The translations under genes and the position numbers were made by a program. A stretch of DNA of 56,137 nucleotides, taken from contig JAWAQR010000006.1 of the NCBI GenBank assembly GCA_038893835.1, forward strand, positions 1 to 56,137. The letters are read 5' to 3'. The stretch's first letter is position 1, and each line of letters begins with the position of its first letter. This document shows, one piece after another, positions 8,673 to 23,787 of this stretch. The notes beneath the pieces were generated by a model. That model did not search any database. It saw only the letters and a program-made list of their open reading frames with translations, and was not told the DNA's origin. This DNA comes from Archaeoglobaceae archaeon. GTDB lineage: Archaea > Halobacteriota > Archaeoglobi > Archaeoglobales > Archaeoglobaceae.

Positions 8673-9494
8673 TTGCAGAATCCCTATGTTCCATACAAAG
8701 CTGAAATCGTAGAAATCAGGGACGAAGTCAGAGGACCAAGGCCTATAAAGACGTTCAAAATCAGGCTGTTGGAAAGAGAAAGATTTGATTATAAATCTGG
8801 TCAAGGGTGTCTAGTTTCAGTTTTTGGTCGAGGAGAAAGCTGGTTTACGATTGCAAATTCACCTACAAGACCAGATTTGGAGTTTAGCGTTTTAAAGACT
8901 GGAAAAGTTACGGCAAAGCTTCATGAGATGAAAGTTGGAGACATCGTTGGCATTCGCGGCCCCCTTGGGAGAGCATTTCCATTGGAGGAGTGGAAGGGGA
9001 TGAATATATTAACGATCGGAGGCGGGATTGGTCAGACTCCCTTGAGGTCGATTTATCAATATGTGATAGACAAAGAGAAAGATTATGGAGATTTGACGAT
9101 AATATACGGTGCCAGAAGTTCAAGAGATCTAGTTTACAAAGATGAGCTCTTCAAGCTCATCGAAGAAGGTTACAACGTTCATCTCTCCATAGACAATCCA
9201 GAGCCAGAATGGAAGTATTTTGTAGGCTTCGTTCCTGACAACGTCAAAAGGCTTAAGCCTGAACCAAGAAATACGATCGCGATAACCTGTGGACCACCGA
9301 TAATGATCAAGATAACTTTGAACGTTTTGAAGGACCTTGGATTTAGAGATGAACAGATATACACGACTTTGGAAAGAAGGATGAAGTGTGGAATCGGAAA
9401 GTGTGGTAAGTGTAGGATAGAAAGCTATTATGTCTGTAAGGATGGGCCAGTATTTAGCTATGCTGAACTCTCAAAGATGCTTGAAAAGATTTGA
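8673..9494 (+). CDS. flxA: FlxA-like FAD/NAD(P)-binding oxidoreductase (AsrB/HydG/PyrK family)
   Basis: RGPLG, GGGIG, YGAR, CGPPIM and ERRMKCGIGKCGKC...VCKDGPVF. TTG start after a GAGGTGA RBS. Confidence 0.85.
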   Translation: MQNPYVPYKAEIVEIRDEVRGPRPIKTFKIRLLERERFDYKSGQGCLVSVFGRGESWFTIANSPTRPDLEFSVLKTGKVTAKLHEMKVGDIVGIRGPLGRAFPLEEWKGMNILTIGGGIGQTPLRSIYQYVIDKEKDYGDLTIIYGARSSRDLVYKDELFKLIEEGYNVHLSIDNPEPEWKYFVGFVPDNVKRLKPEPRNTIAITCGPPIMIKITLNVLKDLGFRDEQIYTTLERRMKCGIGKCGKCRIESYYVCKDGPVFSYAELSKMLEKI

Positions 9495-9500
9495 GGTGGT

Positions 9501-10004
9501 TTGATGATAGAGGGAAGAGATCCTGAACTCGTTAAAGAGCTAATCGAACTTGGAGCACATGATCTGGTTAAATGTTACCAGTGTGGAACGTGCATAGCAG
9601 ATTGCCCTACGGGTTTCTCAGAAACTCCTCTCAGCGCTAAAAGGCTAATTCATATCATAAAACTTGGACTCAGGGAAAAACTGCTGGAAGAGGAAACACC
9701 ATGGATGTGTGTTACTTGTGGCGGTTGTGAGGAAAGGTGTCCAAGAGAGGCGGAGCCATTTGAAATAGTACTTGCAATAAGGAGATGGCAGTGTAAGGAA
9801 GATGATACATTTGTCCCACTCGTTCTGGGTGAAATATTTGCTAGGGGACATACGCAGAACGTTTTAAATCCAATGCGAGATGAACTTGGGTTACCTAAGA
9901 TAAAGACAGTTGCAAACAACGCTGAAGCTTTGCGAAAGTTTAGGGAGATGTTGAAGGAGACGAACGTTTATAAAAAATATAGCTATATCTTCAGGGAGGA
10001 ATGA
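9501..10004 (+). CDS. hdrC: Heterodisulfide reductase subunit C
   Basis: CYQCGTCIADCP and WMCVTCGGCEERCPR, directly upstream of hdrB. Confidence 0.88.
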   Translation: MMIEGRDPELVKELIELGAHDLVKCYQCGTCIADCPTGFSETPLSAKRLIHIIKLGLREKLLEEETPWMCVTCGGCEERCPREAEPFEIVLAIRRWQCKEDDTFVPLVLGEIFARGHTQNVLNPMRDELGLPKIKTVANNAEALRKFREMLKETNVYKKYSYIFREE

Positions 10005-10897
10005 TTATGAAGTTTAGCCTTTTCCTTGGCTGTAACATGCCTGCAATTCGTCCAGATGTGGAGTTGGCGATAAGACTTTCTCTCCAAACACTTGGAGTTG
10101 AAATCCTTGACATAGAAGGAGCAGCATGCTGTCCAGCTTTTGGGACTTTTCCAAGCGTTGATGAGGAAGCAGCCCTAGCAATAGTTGCCTGGAATCTTGC
10201 AAATGCTGAGAAAAATAGAACCGACATCGTCGTTCAATGTGGGAGCTGTTATTCCGTTCTGAAGCTTGGAAGGTATAAGCTTCTCAATGGAAAACTGGAT
10301 GAGATAAACAAAAAATATCTGTTGAAATTCGATCTTAAATACGAGGGTAAAACCGATGTTAGACATATTCTCGATGTTTTCCATAACGTTATAGGTGTTG
10401 AAAGAATAAGGAGGTCGCTCAAGTATTCAATGAAAGGTATGAAGGTCGTCTTTCAATATCCATGCCATGTCTTAAGACCGAGCAAGAAAGTGGGTTTTGA
10501 TGATCCAGAAAATCCAGTAATATTTAGAAATCTCCTTAAAGCTCTTGGAGCTGAGGTTCCAAGTTTTTCCAGAGAAAGACAATGCTGTGGGGGGGCGGGA
10601 GGATTTGCAAAGCATGATAAAATGGCGAACTTGGAGTTTCTGAAAAAGAAACTGGATGCGATGAAGGATGAGGTAAATCCAGACTGCATCGCAGTTTCGT
10701 GTATAACTTGTCTCATGCACATGGACAACGCTCAAGCGGAGATGAAGAAGCTTGGAATGATCGACTATGAAATTCCAGTCTTCGATTACAGTCAACTCTT
10801 GGCAATTTGCCAAGGACATGATCCGAAAAAAGTCGCAAGAATAGCGACAACGCCGAGAGATGCGGTTATAGATAGAATACTTCAAAATAAGCTCTAG
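10001..10897 (+). CDS. hdrB: Heterodisulfide reductase subunit B
   Basis: Two CCG-type domains: FLGC, CCPAFG, CGSC, YPCH, CCGGAGG, CITC. Confidence 0.9.
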   Translation: MIMKFSLFLGCNMPAIRPDVELAIRLSLQTLGVEILDIEGAACCPAFGTFPSVDEEAALAIVAWNLANAEKNRTDIVVQCGSCYSVLKLGRYKLLNGKLDEINKKYLLKFDLKYEGKTDVRHILDVFHNVIGVERIRRSLKYSMKGMKVVFQYPCHVLRPSKKVGFDDPENPVIFRNLLKALGAEVPSFSRERQCCGGAGGFAKHDKMANLEFLKKKLDAMKDEVNPDCIAVSCITCLMHMDNAQAEMKKLGMIDYEIPVFDYSQLLAICQGHDPKKVARIATTPRDAVIDRILQNKL

Positions 10898-10978
10898 CTT
10901 TGTCGACAAGGGAAAAATTATAAATATCTTTAAACACACAATACAAAAAATTTAAATTAAAGTTAGGAGGTGAATCGA

Positions 10979-11863
10979 ATGGAACTTGAGTTAACTCAAA
11001 TACAGAAGGATATATTATATGCTTTAATAACCCTATACAAGAAGAAGTCTGGAAGCTCTATAAAGGGGGAAGAGATAGCGGAATTAATAAATAGAAATCC
11101 AGGAACTGTAAGAAACCAAATGCAAGCTTTAAGAGCTCTGGGACTTGTTGAAGGAGTTCCAGGACCAAAAGGCGGTTATAGACCAACTGCAAAAGCATAT
11201 GAACTCCTTTCAATTACGAAGCCAGAGGAAAGTGTCGTAGTACCTGTAATAGTAAATGATAACGTAATGGAAGATCTATCCGTTGAGGAGATAGATTTGC
11301 CCTCAGTTTCCAATCCAGAGGTCTGTCAGGCAAGAGTAAGACTTCTGGGAGATATAAAGAAAATAGTACCTGGGGATAAGGTTACTTTTGGCCCAACACC
11401 TGTCAACGAGCTTATAATATCTGGTAAAGTCGTTGGTAGAGATGATACGGCAAACACGGTTATAGTGGATATAGAGAAGATTGTGGCATTGCCGAGAGAT
11501 ACGGTTGGAGAACATATGAGTTCCCCAATTATCGCAGTGAACGCGGATGCAAAGGTAATAGAAGGTGCGAAGCTTTTGGCTGAAAAGCAAATCTACTGCG
11601 CCCCTGTAAAGAAGGATGAAAAATTCGTTGGAATATTCACCTTGGATCACGTAGCAAAAGCTGTTGCAGAAGGAAAACTCGAAGCAAAAGTGGAGGAAGT
11701 GATGAGACCAAAGATAGTGCTTGTTGAAAAGGATACGAAGATAAGAGAGGCAATAAGACTGATGAGAGATGAAAATGTCCGAATTCTAGTTGTAACGGAC
11801 AAAGGAGAGCCGGTGGGAGTTATAACTGACCAGAAGATTCTAACAAAATTGGCTCCACAATAA
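10979..11863 (+). CDS. Transcriptional regulator with N-terminal wHTH (HrcA-like) and C-terminal CBS pair
   Basis: IKGEEIAELINRNPGTVRNQMQALRALGLVEGVPGPKGGY HTH, a GPTPVN middle domain and two CBS repeats. ATG 10979 follows GGAGGTGA (ORF track start 10970). Confidence 0.85.
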   Translation: MELELTQIQKDILYALITLYKKKSGSSIKGEEIAELINRNPGTVRNQMQALRALGLVEGVPGPKGGYRPTAKAYELLSITKPEESVVVPVIVNDNVMEDLSVEEIDLPSVSNPEVCQARVRLLGDIKKIVPGDKVTFGPTPVNELIISGKVVGRDDTANTVIVDIEKIVALPRDTVGEHMSSPIIAVNADAKVIEGAKLLAEKQIYCAPVKKDEKFVGIFTLDHVAKAVAEGKLEAKVEEVMRPKIVLVEKDTKIREAIRLMRDENVRILVVTDKGEPVGVITDQKILTKLAPQ

Positions 11864-11867
11864 ATTT

Positions 11868-12380
11868 TTAAAAGGCATTGTAGATTTTTTCATGCCTTAA
11901 ATAGGCTCCTCTATCCACAAGATTCTCTACCACAACTCTATCCCTTTTTTGCTTTAAAATTTCTGAAGAGCTGAATCTTGCCTTACCAATTCCTATGATG
12001 TCGTTGAACTTGTTGCAAATGAATACGATTTCATTTTGTTCGAAGTTTCCAGTTCTTGTCACAGATTCCGCAAATATGTCTCTGCCGTAAAGGAAGAGCA
12101 TTTCTCCCTTCTCATTCACCCAAACCTTTTTATCCTCATTCTTCATCAGCCAAAAAGTTCCTTCCAGTGTCAATCGAAATCTTTTTCCTATTTCTCCAAC
12201 TTTCACACCAAAAATGCACTCTATTCCTGTCTTAAGAAACTCGTAAAGCTCTTCAGAAACCGCAAAAACTTCTTTACCTTTAACAACCAATCTCTTCTCT
12301 TTTAAAAAATCAAGTGAATTAAAAAATTTCAGGGCTTTGTTAAGAGTCTTTATTTCTCTTTCGTTCAGCTCCCTAAGCAA
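11868..12380 (-). CDS. NIP7-like PUA-domain ribosome biogenesis protein
   Basis: [15 protein letters not shown] and [10 protein letters not shown] motifs; follows EF-2. Confidence 0.8.
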   Translation of the reverse strand: MLRELNEREIKTLNKALKFFNSLDFLKEKRLVVKGKEVFAVSEELYEFLKTGIECIFGVKVGEIGKRFRLTLEGTFWLMKNEDKKVWVNEKGEMLFLYGRDIFAESVTRTGNFEQNEIVFICNKFNDIIGIGKARFSSSEILKQKRDRVVVENLVDRGAYLRHEKIYNAF

Positions 12381-14559
12381 GGAACTCCTCCGGTTTCGGA
12401 ATTTCCAATTTCAGACCCTTTCTTTTTCTTACCTCCATTATGAATTCTTCCAGTAGACCGGGCGGAACCTTTTCGAATCCTGCATGTTCTGTGCTCCATA
12501 TCGCTTTTCCGGATGTTGCAGATCTTATGCTACCGGCGAAACCAAACATTTCCTTAACCGGAGCTTTTGCTGTTAAGGTTGCTGTATCTCCATCGATTCT
12601 AACATCCAAAATATGTCCTCTCCTCCCCTGGATTTCCCTTGTAACATTTCCCATCATCGTTTGAGGCACCATGATGTAGATGTTCTGATATGGCTCCAAA
12701 AGCGTCGGTTTTGCTTGAAGAATTGCTGCGAATATCGCGGATCTAACAGCTGGAATAACCTGAGCTGGACCACGATGAACAGCATCTTCATGCAACTTGC
12801 AGTCTACCAGTTTAACCTTTATCCCCATACATGGCTCCTTTGCCAGCGGTCCAGCTTTCATCGCTTCTCTGAAACCTTCCAAGATTAATTCAATAGTCTC
12901 GTTGAGGTACTGAATCCCTTTGGTAACGTCGCAGAATAGATTACCTTCGTAGAACTCGATAGCTCCAGCAGCCTCTTCACCATCCAAACCAGCATCCTGG
13001 AGCTTCTTTCTTCTCTCTTTTTTATCCATCTTGAAGTTCACTTCTCCCTCCCTGAAAAGCCTTATAACTTCCGCTGGAAGAGGCTCCACAACTATGTAGA
13101 ATTTGTTGTGCTTGTTTGGCGACTTTCCTTCTACAACAGGTGAAGTCTGCGTTACAGTTTCTCTGAAGACAACTATTGGTGGTGAAGTAACAACTTCAAG
13201 ACCGTATTCTCTCCTTATTTTCTCTATCTTTACCTCCAAATGCAACTCTCCCATTCCGCTAAGCAGGTGTTCTCCAGTTTCCTCATTCAGCGTTAATTGC
13301 AGTGTTGGATCTTCTCTTACTAGCTTCCTGAGAACTTCTACAAGCTTCGGTAAATCCCTTGGATTCTTCGCTTCTACAGCCATTGTAACGACAGGATCGC
13401 TGTAATGCTTTAAACTTTCAAATGGTTCGATCTTTTCAATTTCAGAACAAGTCGAACCGGCAACGACATCTTTAAGTCCAACAACTGCAACTATGTTCCC
13501 TGCCGGGATCTCTTCTACTTCAACCCTTTTTGGTCCCATGAAAATGCCAACCGTTTGGACCCTATTCTTAGACTTTCTGTCGATTATGTACAAATCAATC
13601 CCTGGCTTTAGCGTTCCGCTAAAAAGTCTTCCAACTGCAATTTCTCCAGCCTGTGGATCTACGACTATCTTTGTTATCATCAGCACAACAGGCCCCTTAG
13701 GATTGCATGCAACCATAGCTTTTCCAACTTCGCTGTTCAGTTCACCCCTCCATATTATCTTTATTCTCTCCTTCTGAGCCTCAATTGGGTTTGGAAGATG
13801 CTTTACAACCATGTCTAGGACAACGACATGTGCAGGACTCTTTTTTGAAAGCTCCTTTACTTCTCCTTTTCTTAAGTATTCGTAGACTTCCTTAAAACCT
13901 ATTCCTGTAACCTTTTGCGATGGCACACTTACAGCCCATTTCTGCAGTGCAGAGCCAAAGGCAACGTTTCCCTTAGCCACTTCTATCTTCCATTCTGGGA
14001 ATTTTTCTGGACTTGCAGACTTTAGCAGTCTGTTTATGTCGTTTATTACCTTTATAAGTCTCTCCTGCATTTGCTGAGGTGTTAGCTGAAGTTCTTTAAT
14101 GAGCCTGTCTATCTTGTTTATGAAAAGAACTGGCTTAACACCTTCTTTAAGCGCTTGTCTTACAACGGTCTCTGTCTGTGGCATTACACCCTCAACTGCG
14201 TCAACTACTATTATCACTCCATCCACTGCCCTCATTGCCCTAGTTACTTCCCCACCGAAATCAACATGTCCTGGCGTGTCGATTAGGTTGATCAGATAAT
14301 CCTCACCGTTGTATTCGTGGACCATTGAGATGTTTGCAGCGTTTATCGTTATCCCTCTTTCCTTTTCCTGTTCATCGTAGTCCAAATATAGCTGTTGTCC
14401 GGCCAATTCTTCACTTATTATCCCCGCTCCCGCAATAAGGCAATCGCTGAGGGTAGTTTTTCCGTGATCTATGTGTGCTGCAATTCCTATGTTTCTGATC
14501 TTCTCAGGCTTCCACATCAGTTCGTACATCCTTTCAACCATTCTCTTTATCCTTGTCAT
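12373..14559 (-). CDS. fusA: Translation elongation factor 2 (aEF-2)
   Basis: [26 protein letters not shown] and the diphthamide loop [15 protein letters not shown] 14559 after GAGGTGA (ORF track start 14568). Confidence 0.98.
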   Translation of the reverse strand: MTRIKRMVERMYELMWKPEKIRNIGIAAHIDHGKTTLSDCLIAGAGIISEELAGQQLYLDYDEQEKERGITINAANISMVHEYNGEDYLINLIDTPGHVDFGGEVTRAMRAVDGVIIVVDAVEGVMPQTETVVRQALKEGVKPVLFINKIDRLIKELQLTPQQMQERLIKVINDINRLLKSASPEKFPEWKIEVAKGNVAFGSALQKWAVSVPSQKVTGIGFKEVYEYLRKGEVKELSKKSPAHVVVLDMVVKHLPNPIEAQKERIKIIWRGELNSEVGKAMVACNPKGPVVLMITKIVVDPQAGEIAVGRLFSGTLKPGIDLYIIDRKSKNRVQTVGIFMGPKRVEVEEIPAGNIVAVVGLKDVVAGSTCSEIEKIEPFESLKHYSDPVVTMAVEAKNPRDLPKLVEVLRKLVREDPTLQLTLNEETGEHLLSGMGELHLEVKIEKIRREYGLEVVTSPPIVVFRETVTQTSPVVEGKSPNKHNKFYIVVEPLPAEVIRLFREGEVNFKMDKKERRKKLQDAGLDGEEAAGAIEFYEGNLFCDVTKGIQYLNETIELILEGFREAMKAGPLAKEPCMGIKVKLVDCKLHEDAVHRGPAQVIPAVRSAIFAAILQAKPTLLEPYQNIYIMVPQTMMGNVTREIQGRRGHILDVRIDGDTATLTAKAPVKEMFGFAGSIRSATSGKAIWSTEHAGFEKVPPGLLEEFIMEVRKRKGLKLEIPKPEEFLA

Positions 14560-14564
14560 CCCTG

Positions 14565-15146
14565 TCACCTCGCCGACTTCGCAACTCTCTCCACTTCTTC
14601 CTTCTTCGAAACTGCGTAGCTCTTCGTGTCGTTGTTAGCAGCAGCTATTATTTCATCTGCAAGACAATAAGCGAAACTCTTTTTGGACTTGAAAGCCATC
14701 CTCCTCGCACCTTCAACGATGTTCCTCAATGCGACATCAACTCTCCTTAGACTTGAGGTATCCACAGCCTTTGGAACTGCGATACCACCATATTTCAGTC
14801 TCACAACTTCTTCCCTAGGACCAGCGTTGACAATGGCATCAACTAAAACCTGTATCGGATTCTTTTTCGTCTTTCTTTCTATTATCTCAAAAGCCTCTCT
14901 GACCAAGTTGTATGCTGACATCTTCTTTCCTGTATTTCTCTCCTTTCGCATCACCTTGTTGATCAGTCTTTCTACGATGAACACCCTTTCTTTTCCAAAT
15001 GGGTAAAAATGTCTTCCATGAGTGTGAAGCGTAAAAGTTGGGGTTAAACAAATATAGTTCTTTAATGCTGGATCCTTTATTTCAACGTCCTTTGTGCTGT
15101 ATTTTCCAAAGACAAGTAAATCTTCTTCCTTGAATCCGTAGGCCAT
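14565..15146 (-). CDS. rps7: 30S ribosomal protein uS7
   Basis: [23 protein letters not shown] and [13 protein letters not shown]; sits in the str-like operon. Confidence 0.97.
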   Translation of the reverse strand: MAYGFKEEDLLVFGKYSTKDVEIKDPALKNYICLTPTFTLHTHGRHFYPFGKERVFIVERLINKVMRKERNTGKKMSAYNLVREAFEIIERKTKKNPIQVLVDAIVNAGPREEVVRLKYGGIAVPKAVDTSSLRRVDVALRNIVEGARRMAFKSKKSFAYCLADEIIAAANNDTKSYAVSKKEEVERVAKSAR

Positions 15147-15148
15147 AA

Positions 15149-15577
15149 TTACCTCCTCTTCTTCTCCTTTCTCCCTCTAACGAGCTCTTTTAAACTCGTG
15201 TCATTGACTTTTATCACTTTGTATCTCACGCCAGGAATGTCCCCCATGCTTCTTCCCATTCTGCCACCTATTTTCTCCACTATCACTTCATCATGCTCAT
15301 CGATGAAGTTTATCGCTCCATCTCCAGGGGCGAAGGCTGTGATCTGTCTCCCATTCTTTATTAGTTGAACCCTCACAGCCTTTCTTATTCCAGAGTTTGG
15401 CTGCCTGGCTTCTATGCCAATCTTTTCCAATACGATACCACGAGCCATTGGTGCTCCTTCTAAAGGATCTGCTTTTTCCGCCAAACCCAACACTCTTCTC
15501 ACGTACTTTTTTTGACTCCACCTGAACTTCTTCTTAACCTGAATCAGCTTTCTAGCGGCGAACAATCCATAGCCCAT
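15149..15577 (-). CDS. rps12: 30S ribosomal protein uS12
   Basis: [31 protein letters not shown] and [10 protein letters not shown]. Confidence 0.98.
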   Translation of the reverse strand: MGYGLFAARKLIQVKKKFRWSQKKYVRRVLGLAEKADPLEGAPMARGIVLEKIGIEARQPNSGIRKAVRVQLIKNGRQITAFAPGDGAINFIDEHDEVIVEKIGGRMGRSMGDIPGVRYKVIKVNDTSLKELVRGRKEKKRR

Positions 15578-15581
15578 ACCA

Positions 15582-16001
15582 TCACCTTACCACTATTTCA
15601 TCGATGTTATGATGCCTTTTAGCTAGTTCTTTCGCTTTATTAATATTTTTGCCACCTTTACCTATGACGATTCCTTTCAAATCTGGAGAAACGCTGATCT
15701 GGGCAACCTTGCTATTCCCTTTCTCCAAAATCTTGACGTTTACTTTTATCGGTTTAAAGATGTTCGAAATGAACTCCGCTGGATCATCTGAATGCTCTAT
15801 GATTTCTATCTTTTTCCCTATCAGTTCTCTTGCCCTATCAACGTTTATTCCCCCTTTCCCTATTGCAAGCCCCATGTCTCCCTTTTTTACCACGAAGATT
15901 ACCTTGTCATCGTAGATTATACAATCCTTAACGCTTGCCCCAGTGAGGTTTTCGAACAAAGTCAAATATCTTATTTCTTCCGAAGACAACTTCATTTCCA
16001 T
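15582..16001 (-). CDS. nusA: Archaeal NusA (two KH domains)
   Basis: GLAIGKGG and [13 protein letters not shown] motifs; canonical position between L30e and S12 (ORF track start 16010). Confidence 0.95.
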   Translation of the reverse strand: MEMKLSSEEIRYLTLFENLTGASVKDCIIYDDKVIFVVKKGDMGLAIGKGGINVDRARELIGKKIEIIEHSDDPAEFISNIFKPIKVNVKILEKGNSKVAQISVSPDLKGIVIGKGGKNINKAKELAKRHHNIDEIVVR

Positions 16002-16006
16002 ATCGA

Positions 16007-20024
<4,018 letters not shown>

Positions 20025-20041
20025 AATACCACCCAAACTTT

Positions 20042-21853
20042 CTAAACTTTATCTCCCAACTTTAACCTTGGAGCAATCATCATGGACTTCAGTTCATCTA
20101 GAAGGAGCTTGAAGGCATAACTCATGCTCACCTTGAAAACGTTCGTATCATCATCGCATACATTACAATAAGCAGTTCCCTTTCTATAATCGAACATGGC
20201 AACATGTCCACAGTTTCCACAAACCCATACCTCAACCTTATCCGACTCATCAAGCAGTCTGTCTTTCAAAAGTAGAGCAGCTCCATGTCCAATCAACACA
20301 TCTCTCTCCATTTCTCCAAACCTTAACCCCCCTTTCCTGGCCCTACCTTCAGTTGGCTGTCTTGTCAATATCTGCACAGGCCCCCTGCTTCTGGCATGGA
20401 TCTTTCCAGCCACCATGTGGTAAAGCTTCTGATAATAAATGACTCCAACGAATATGTCTGCCAGATACTTTTTACCGCTTATTCCATCGTACATAACTTC
20501 TTTTCCAGTATAGGAAAATCCATACTTCTTCAGAGTTGCTCTTAGATCCTCCTCTTTCTCTCCATGGAATATGGTTCCATCAACTCTTCTAGCTTCGAGC
20601 GATCCTACTTTTCCAGCTATCATTTCCAGCACGTGACCAACTGTCATTCTCGATGGAATCGCGTGTGGATTTAATATCATGTCTGGAACTATGCCAGACT
20701 CTGTGAATGGCATATCCTCTTCTGGTACTATCAAACCAACAACTCCTTTTTGTCCATGTCTTGAAGCGAATTTGTCTCCTAGCTCAGGAATTCTTAGATC
20801 TCTAACCCTTACTTTCGCTAGCTTGAGTCCATTTTCTGATTGGACTAGGAATACAGCATCAACTACTCCTTTTTCATTACTTCTCATCGTTATCGAAGTC
20901 TCTCTTCTCTTTTGTGGTGAAATTCCAATTTCTGGTTCTTCGAGAAATCTCGGCGGTGAGCTTCTACCTATGAGAACATCATCTGGCTTTACTTCTGTCT
21001 CAGGATGAACTAAACCATCTTCATCGAGATGAGCATAAGCTTCTGAACCCCTAAATCCGGAAATATCTGCTCCAGGAATTTCGAATTTATCTTCCTGTCC
21101 ACCGGGATATCGCATTTCTTCAGCTTCATAAGTTCTGAAGAAGAAACTTCTTCCAAGCCCTCTATCCACGCTACCCTTGTTCAGGATGATCGCATCTTCT
21201 ATATTATAACCTTCATAGCTCAAAACAGCGACAACGAAGTTCTGTCCTGAAGGTCTTTCATCGTACTTCATCTTTATCTGTGTATCTGTTGTTACAATTG
21301 GTGTCTGAGTGTATTGAAGCAGATGGCCTCTTGTATCTGTTCTCCAGTCAAGGTTTATGTATGGAATTCCAAGACCTTGCTTTATCATTGCAGCTCCCAT
21401 CGTGTTTCTTGGTGAAGCATTGTGCTCAGCATATGGAATGCTACCAGCGCAAATTCCAACTATAAGACTTGGATCTAACTCGAGATGCGTATGTTCTGGA
21501 GTAAGTTCATCTTCATAGACCGCAACTAAGGCATTCTCCTCCTCTTCGGCGTCCAGATACTCTATCAGGCCCTGTTTTACAAGATCTTCGAATGTTATTT
21601 CTCCAGCTTCCAACTTCTTTATATGTTTCTCCGTCAACAGAGGCTTACCATTCTTTACAACGATCAAAGGCCTTCTAGCCCTTCCTGGATCTGTGTTTAT
21701 CCTGACTTCATTCGAATCAGCAAAGTATGCGACGTTAACTTGATTTGAAATCTTACCCTTTCTCCTTAATTCCCTTATTTCCTCAGCTAGCTTTTTCCCA
21801 TCATCACAGAAACCAACTAAGGCACCATTAACATAAACCCTGCACTTCCTCAT
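20042..21853 (-). CDS. rpoB1: RNA polymerase subunit B' (Rpo2 C-terminal half)
   Basis: [32 protein letters not shown] and a C-terminal Zn ribbon. Confidence 0.98.
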   Translation of the reverse strand: MRKCRVYVNGALVGFCDDGKKLAEEIRELRRKGKISNQVNVAYFADSNEVRINTDPGRARRPLIVVKNGKPLLTEKHIKKLEAGEITFEDLVKQGLIEYLDAEEEENALVAVYEDELTPEHTHLELDPSLIVGICAGSIPYAEHNASPRNTMGAAMIKQGLGIPYINLDWRTDTRGHLLQYTQTPIVTTDTQIKMKYDERPSGQNFVVAVLSYEGYNIEDAIILNKGSVDRGLGRSFFFRTYEAEEMRYPGGQEDKFEIPGADISGFRGSEAYAHLDEDGLVHPETEVKPDDVLIGRSSPPRFLEEPEIGISPQKRRETSITMRSNEKGVVDAVFLVQSENGLKLAKVRVRDLRIPELGDKFASRHGQKGVVGLIVPEEDMPFTESGIVPDMILNPHAIPSRMTVGHVLEMIAGKVGSLEARRVDGTIFHGEKEEDLRATLKKYGFSYTGKEVMYDGISGKKYLADIFVGVIYYQKLYHMVAGKIHARSRGPVQILTRQPTEGRARKGGLRFGEMERDVLIGHGAALLLKDRLLDESDKVEVWVCGNCGHVAMFDYRKGTAYCNVCDDDTNVFKVSMSYAFKLLLDELKSMMIAPRLKLGDKV

Positions 21854-23397
21854 AACCCTCCCTTTATCATTTCAACTCCAAGCTTTGGTAGTATGGAGAG
21901 AACCTCTCTTTCATCCACCCCAACGCTTACCTCAGCGTACTGTGCGTAGTTCTTAACCAATCCACAATTTGGCCCTTCTGGAGTTTCAGAAGGACAAATC
22001 CTTCCCCAGTGAGTTGCATGAAGATCTCTAGCCTCGAAATGAGGTTGCGATCTTGAAAGCGGTGAAACAACCCTTCGTAAATGAGATATTAGGGACATGA
22101 AATTGTGCCTATCTATCAGCTGCGAAATTCCAGTTCTACCACCAACCCAGTTTCCTGTTGCCATCGGATGCATAATTCTGTCTGTCAGAACATCACTTCT
22201 CACTGCTGTTGAGAGCTTCATACTCCTCCCACGCATCTTTGCCCTTTCAAGCTGATATTTAACATCCTTTATCAACCTAAGGAAGGCAACTCTAAAGATC
22301 TCCTCCATAAGATCTCCAGCCAACCTAAGTCTTTTGTTTGCATAATGATCTTTATCATCCTCTCTTCTAAGTCCAAGATGTAGCTCGAATATTAGCTCCG
22401 CCATCCTAGCGAGGAAGAAGGCTTTTGCCTTTCTGGCCTCTTTTTCTATGCCAAGATGGGGTAAAAAGTATTGATCAAGCACTTGTTCAGCTCTCTGAAT
22501 CCTGTATTCTCTGCTCTGACCTGGGGCAACTCTTTTGCCTATGTATTCAATTGCATCCTCCTTTGTTTGTATATCCGAAACGTCAGGATCTTCTATGTTT
22601 TGCAGCATGTACCTCATTATCTGTGGATTTGTGCTAACCATTTCCACAATATCCTGATCGCTCTCAACTCCCAATGCTCTCATCAGAATCACGAACTTTA
22701 TCGGCTTTGGCAACTGTGGAAAAGTAACTTCCAGTATATTCCCTTTTGACCTTTCCACAACTATCAAAGCCCTATATCCAGCTCTTTGACTAAAGCATTT
22801 TGCAACTTCCACCATTTCTCCATACTTCTCTTCCCTTTCAAGTAGAACTTTATTGGGGGCTAAGTCTTCAAGGGTTACAATTGCTCTCTCGGTTCCATTT
22901 ATTATGAAATAACCACCGGGATCAACAGGATCTTCTCCAGCTAAGAAAAGTTTCTCCTCGTAGCTGAGCGAGTCAACTTTTTTCTTATATATGAACTCAA
23001 GAACTTTATCTATTCTCTCTGGACTCAAATTGCAAACCTTTGACTTAACCATCACCGGAAGCATTCCAATCTCAACTATTTCTCTTTCCAAAGGTTTTCC
23101 TTCATCATAAACAGTTGCCTCCAGATAAATTGGGGCCGCGTAATTCAAGTTTCTCAGTCTTGCATGGCTTGGTAGAAGGGGTGTTTGCGGCCCATCTGCC
23201 TCCTTTATCACAGGATAACCGACCTTTATTCTACCAAGCTCTATGTACGTGTTCGGTATATCCAATTCGATTATTTTTTGCTCATCTATAACCTTTTGAA
23301 GTCCCTCCTCTATGAATCTGTTGAAGGAATCTATCTGGTGCTTTACAAGCCTGCTGTGGGTAAAATATTCCCTTGCAAGGACACGGGTATTTAGCAT
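21850..23397 (-). CDS. rpoB2: RNA polymerase subunit B'' (Rpo2 N-terminal half)
   Basis: [23 protein letters not shown] and [16 protein letters not shown]. Confidence 0.98.
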   Translation of the reverse strand: MLNTRVLAREYFTHSRLVKHQIDSFNRFIEEGLQKVIDEQKIIELDIPNTYIELGRIKVGYPVIKEADGPQTPLLPSHARLRNLNYAAPIYLEATVYDEGKPLEREIVEIGMLPVMVKSKVCNLSPERIDKVLEFIYKKKVDSLSYEEKLFLAGEDPVDPGGYFIINGTERAIVTLEDLAPNKVLLEREEKYGEMVEVAKCFSQRAGYRALIVVERSKGNILEVTFPQLPKPIKFVILMRALGVESDQDIVEMVSTNPQIMRYMLQNIEDPDVSDIQTKEDAIEYIGKRVAPGQSREYRIQRAEQVLDQYFLPHLGIEKEARKAKAFFLARMAELIFELHLGLRREDDKDHYANKRLRLAGDLMEEIFRVAFLRLIKDVKYQLERAKMRGRSMKLSTAVRSDVLTDRIMHPMATGNWVGGRTGISQLIDRHNFMSLISHLRRVVSPLSRSQPHFEARDLHATHWGRICPSETPEGPNCGLVKNYAQYAEVSVGVDEREVLSILPKLGVEMIKGGL

Positions 23398-23406
23398 AGA
23401 ATCACC

Positions 23407-23634
23407 TTATTCAACTACAAGACGATAAAAAATGCTAACACCTGCAGTTATACTCTTCCTAGTTATCTTAATAACATCTCCCGGTTTTGCTCCAATCTCC
23501 TTTACTATTGGATCAGAAGCTTTTATCTTTGGCAATTGCTCCTTACTAATTCCCAATAATTTCAAAAGTTCCTCCACCTCTTCATCTTTCAAAATTTCAT
23601 GTTTCGGGACCAATATATGATCCTGCAATCTCAC
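23407..23634 (-). CDS. rpoH: RNA polymerase subunit H (Rpo5)
   Basis: [15 protein letters not shown]...DP and [13 protein letters not shown]...YRLV. Confidence 0.97.
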   Translation of the reverse strand: MRLQDHILVPKHEILKDEEVEELLKLLGISKEQLPKIKASDPIVKEIGAKPGDVIKITRKSITAGVSIFYRLVVE

Positions 23635-23787
23635 CTTTTCCCCCGTAAAGCCAGATGTGGAGAAGGTAAAAAAAACTTTCGATTAAAAAAATTTGGGATA
23701 AAAAGCATTTTGAAAGAATATAGATGTTTAGTTGAATCCTCCTCCAACTTGAAAAAGAAATTTTAAAATTTTGATCCAACTCTTTAC

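Noticed and set aside
3379-10897. Selenocysteine or pyrrolysine recoding in HdrA, MvhD or Flx
   Set aside because: All ligand positions are Cys codons in uninterrupted ORFs, with no in-frame TGA or TAG.
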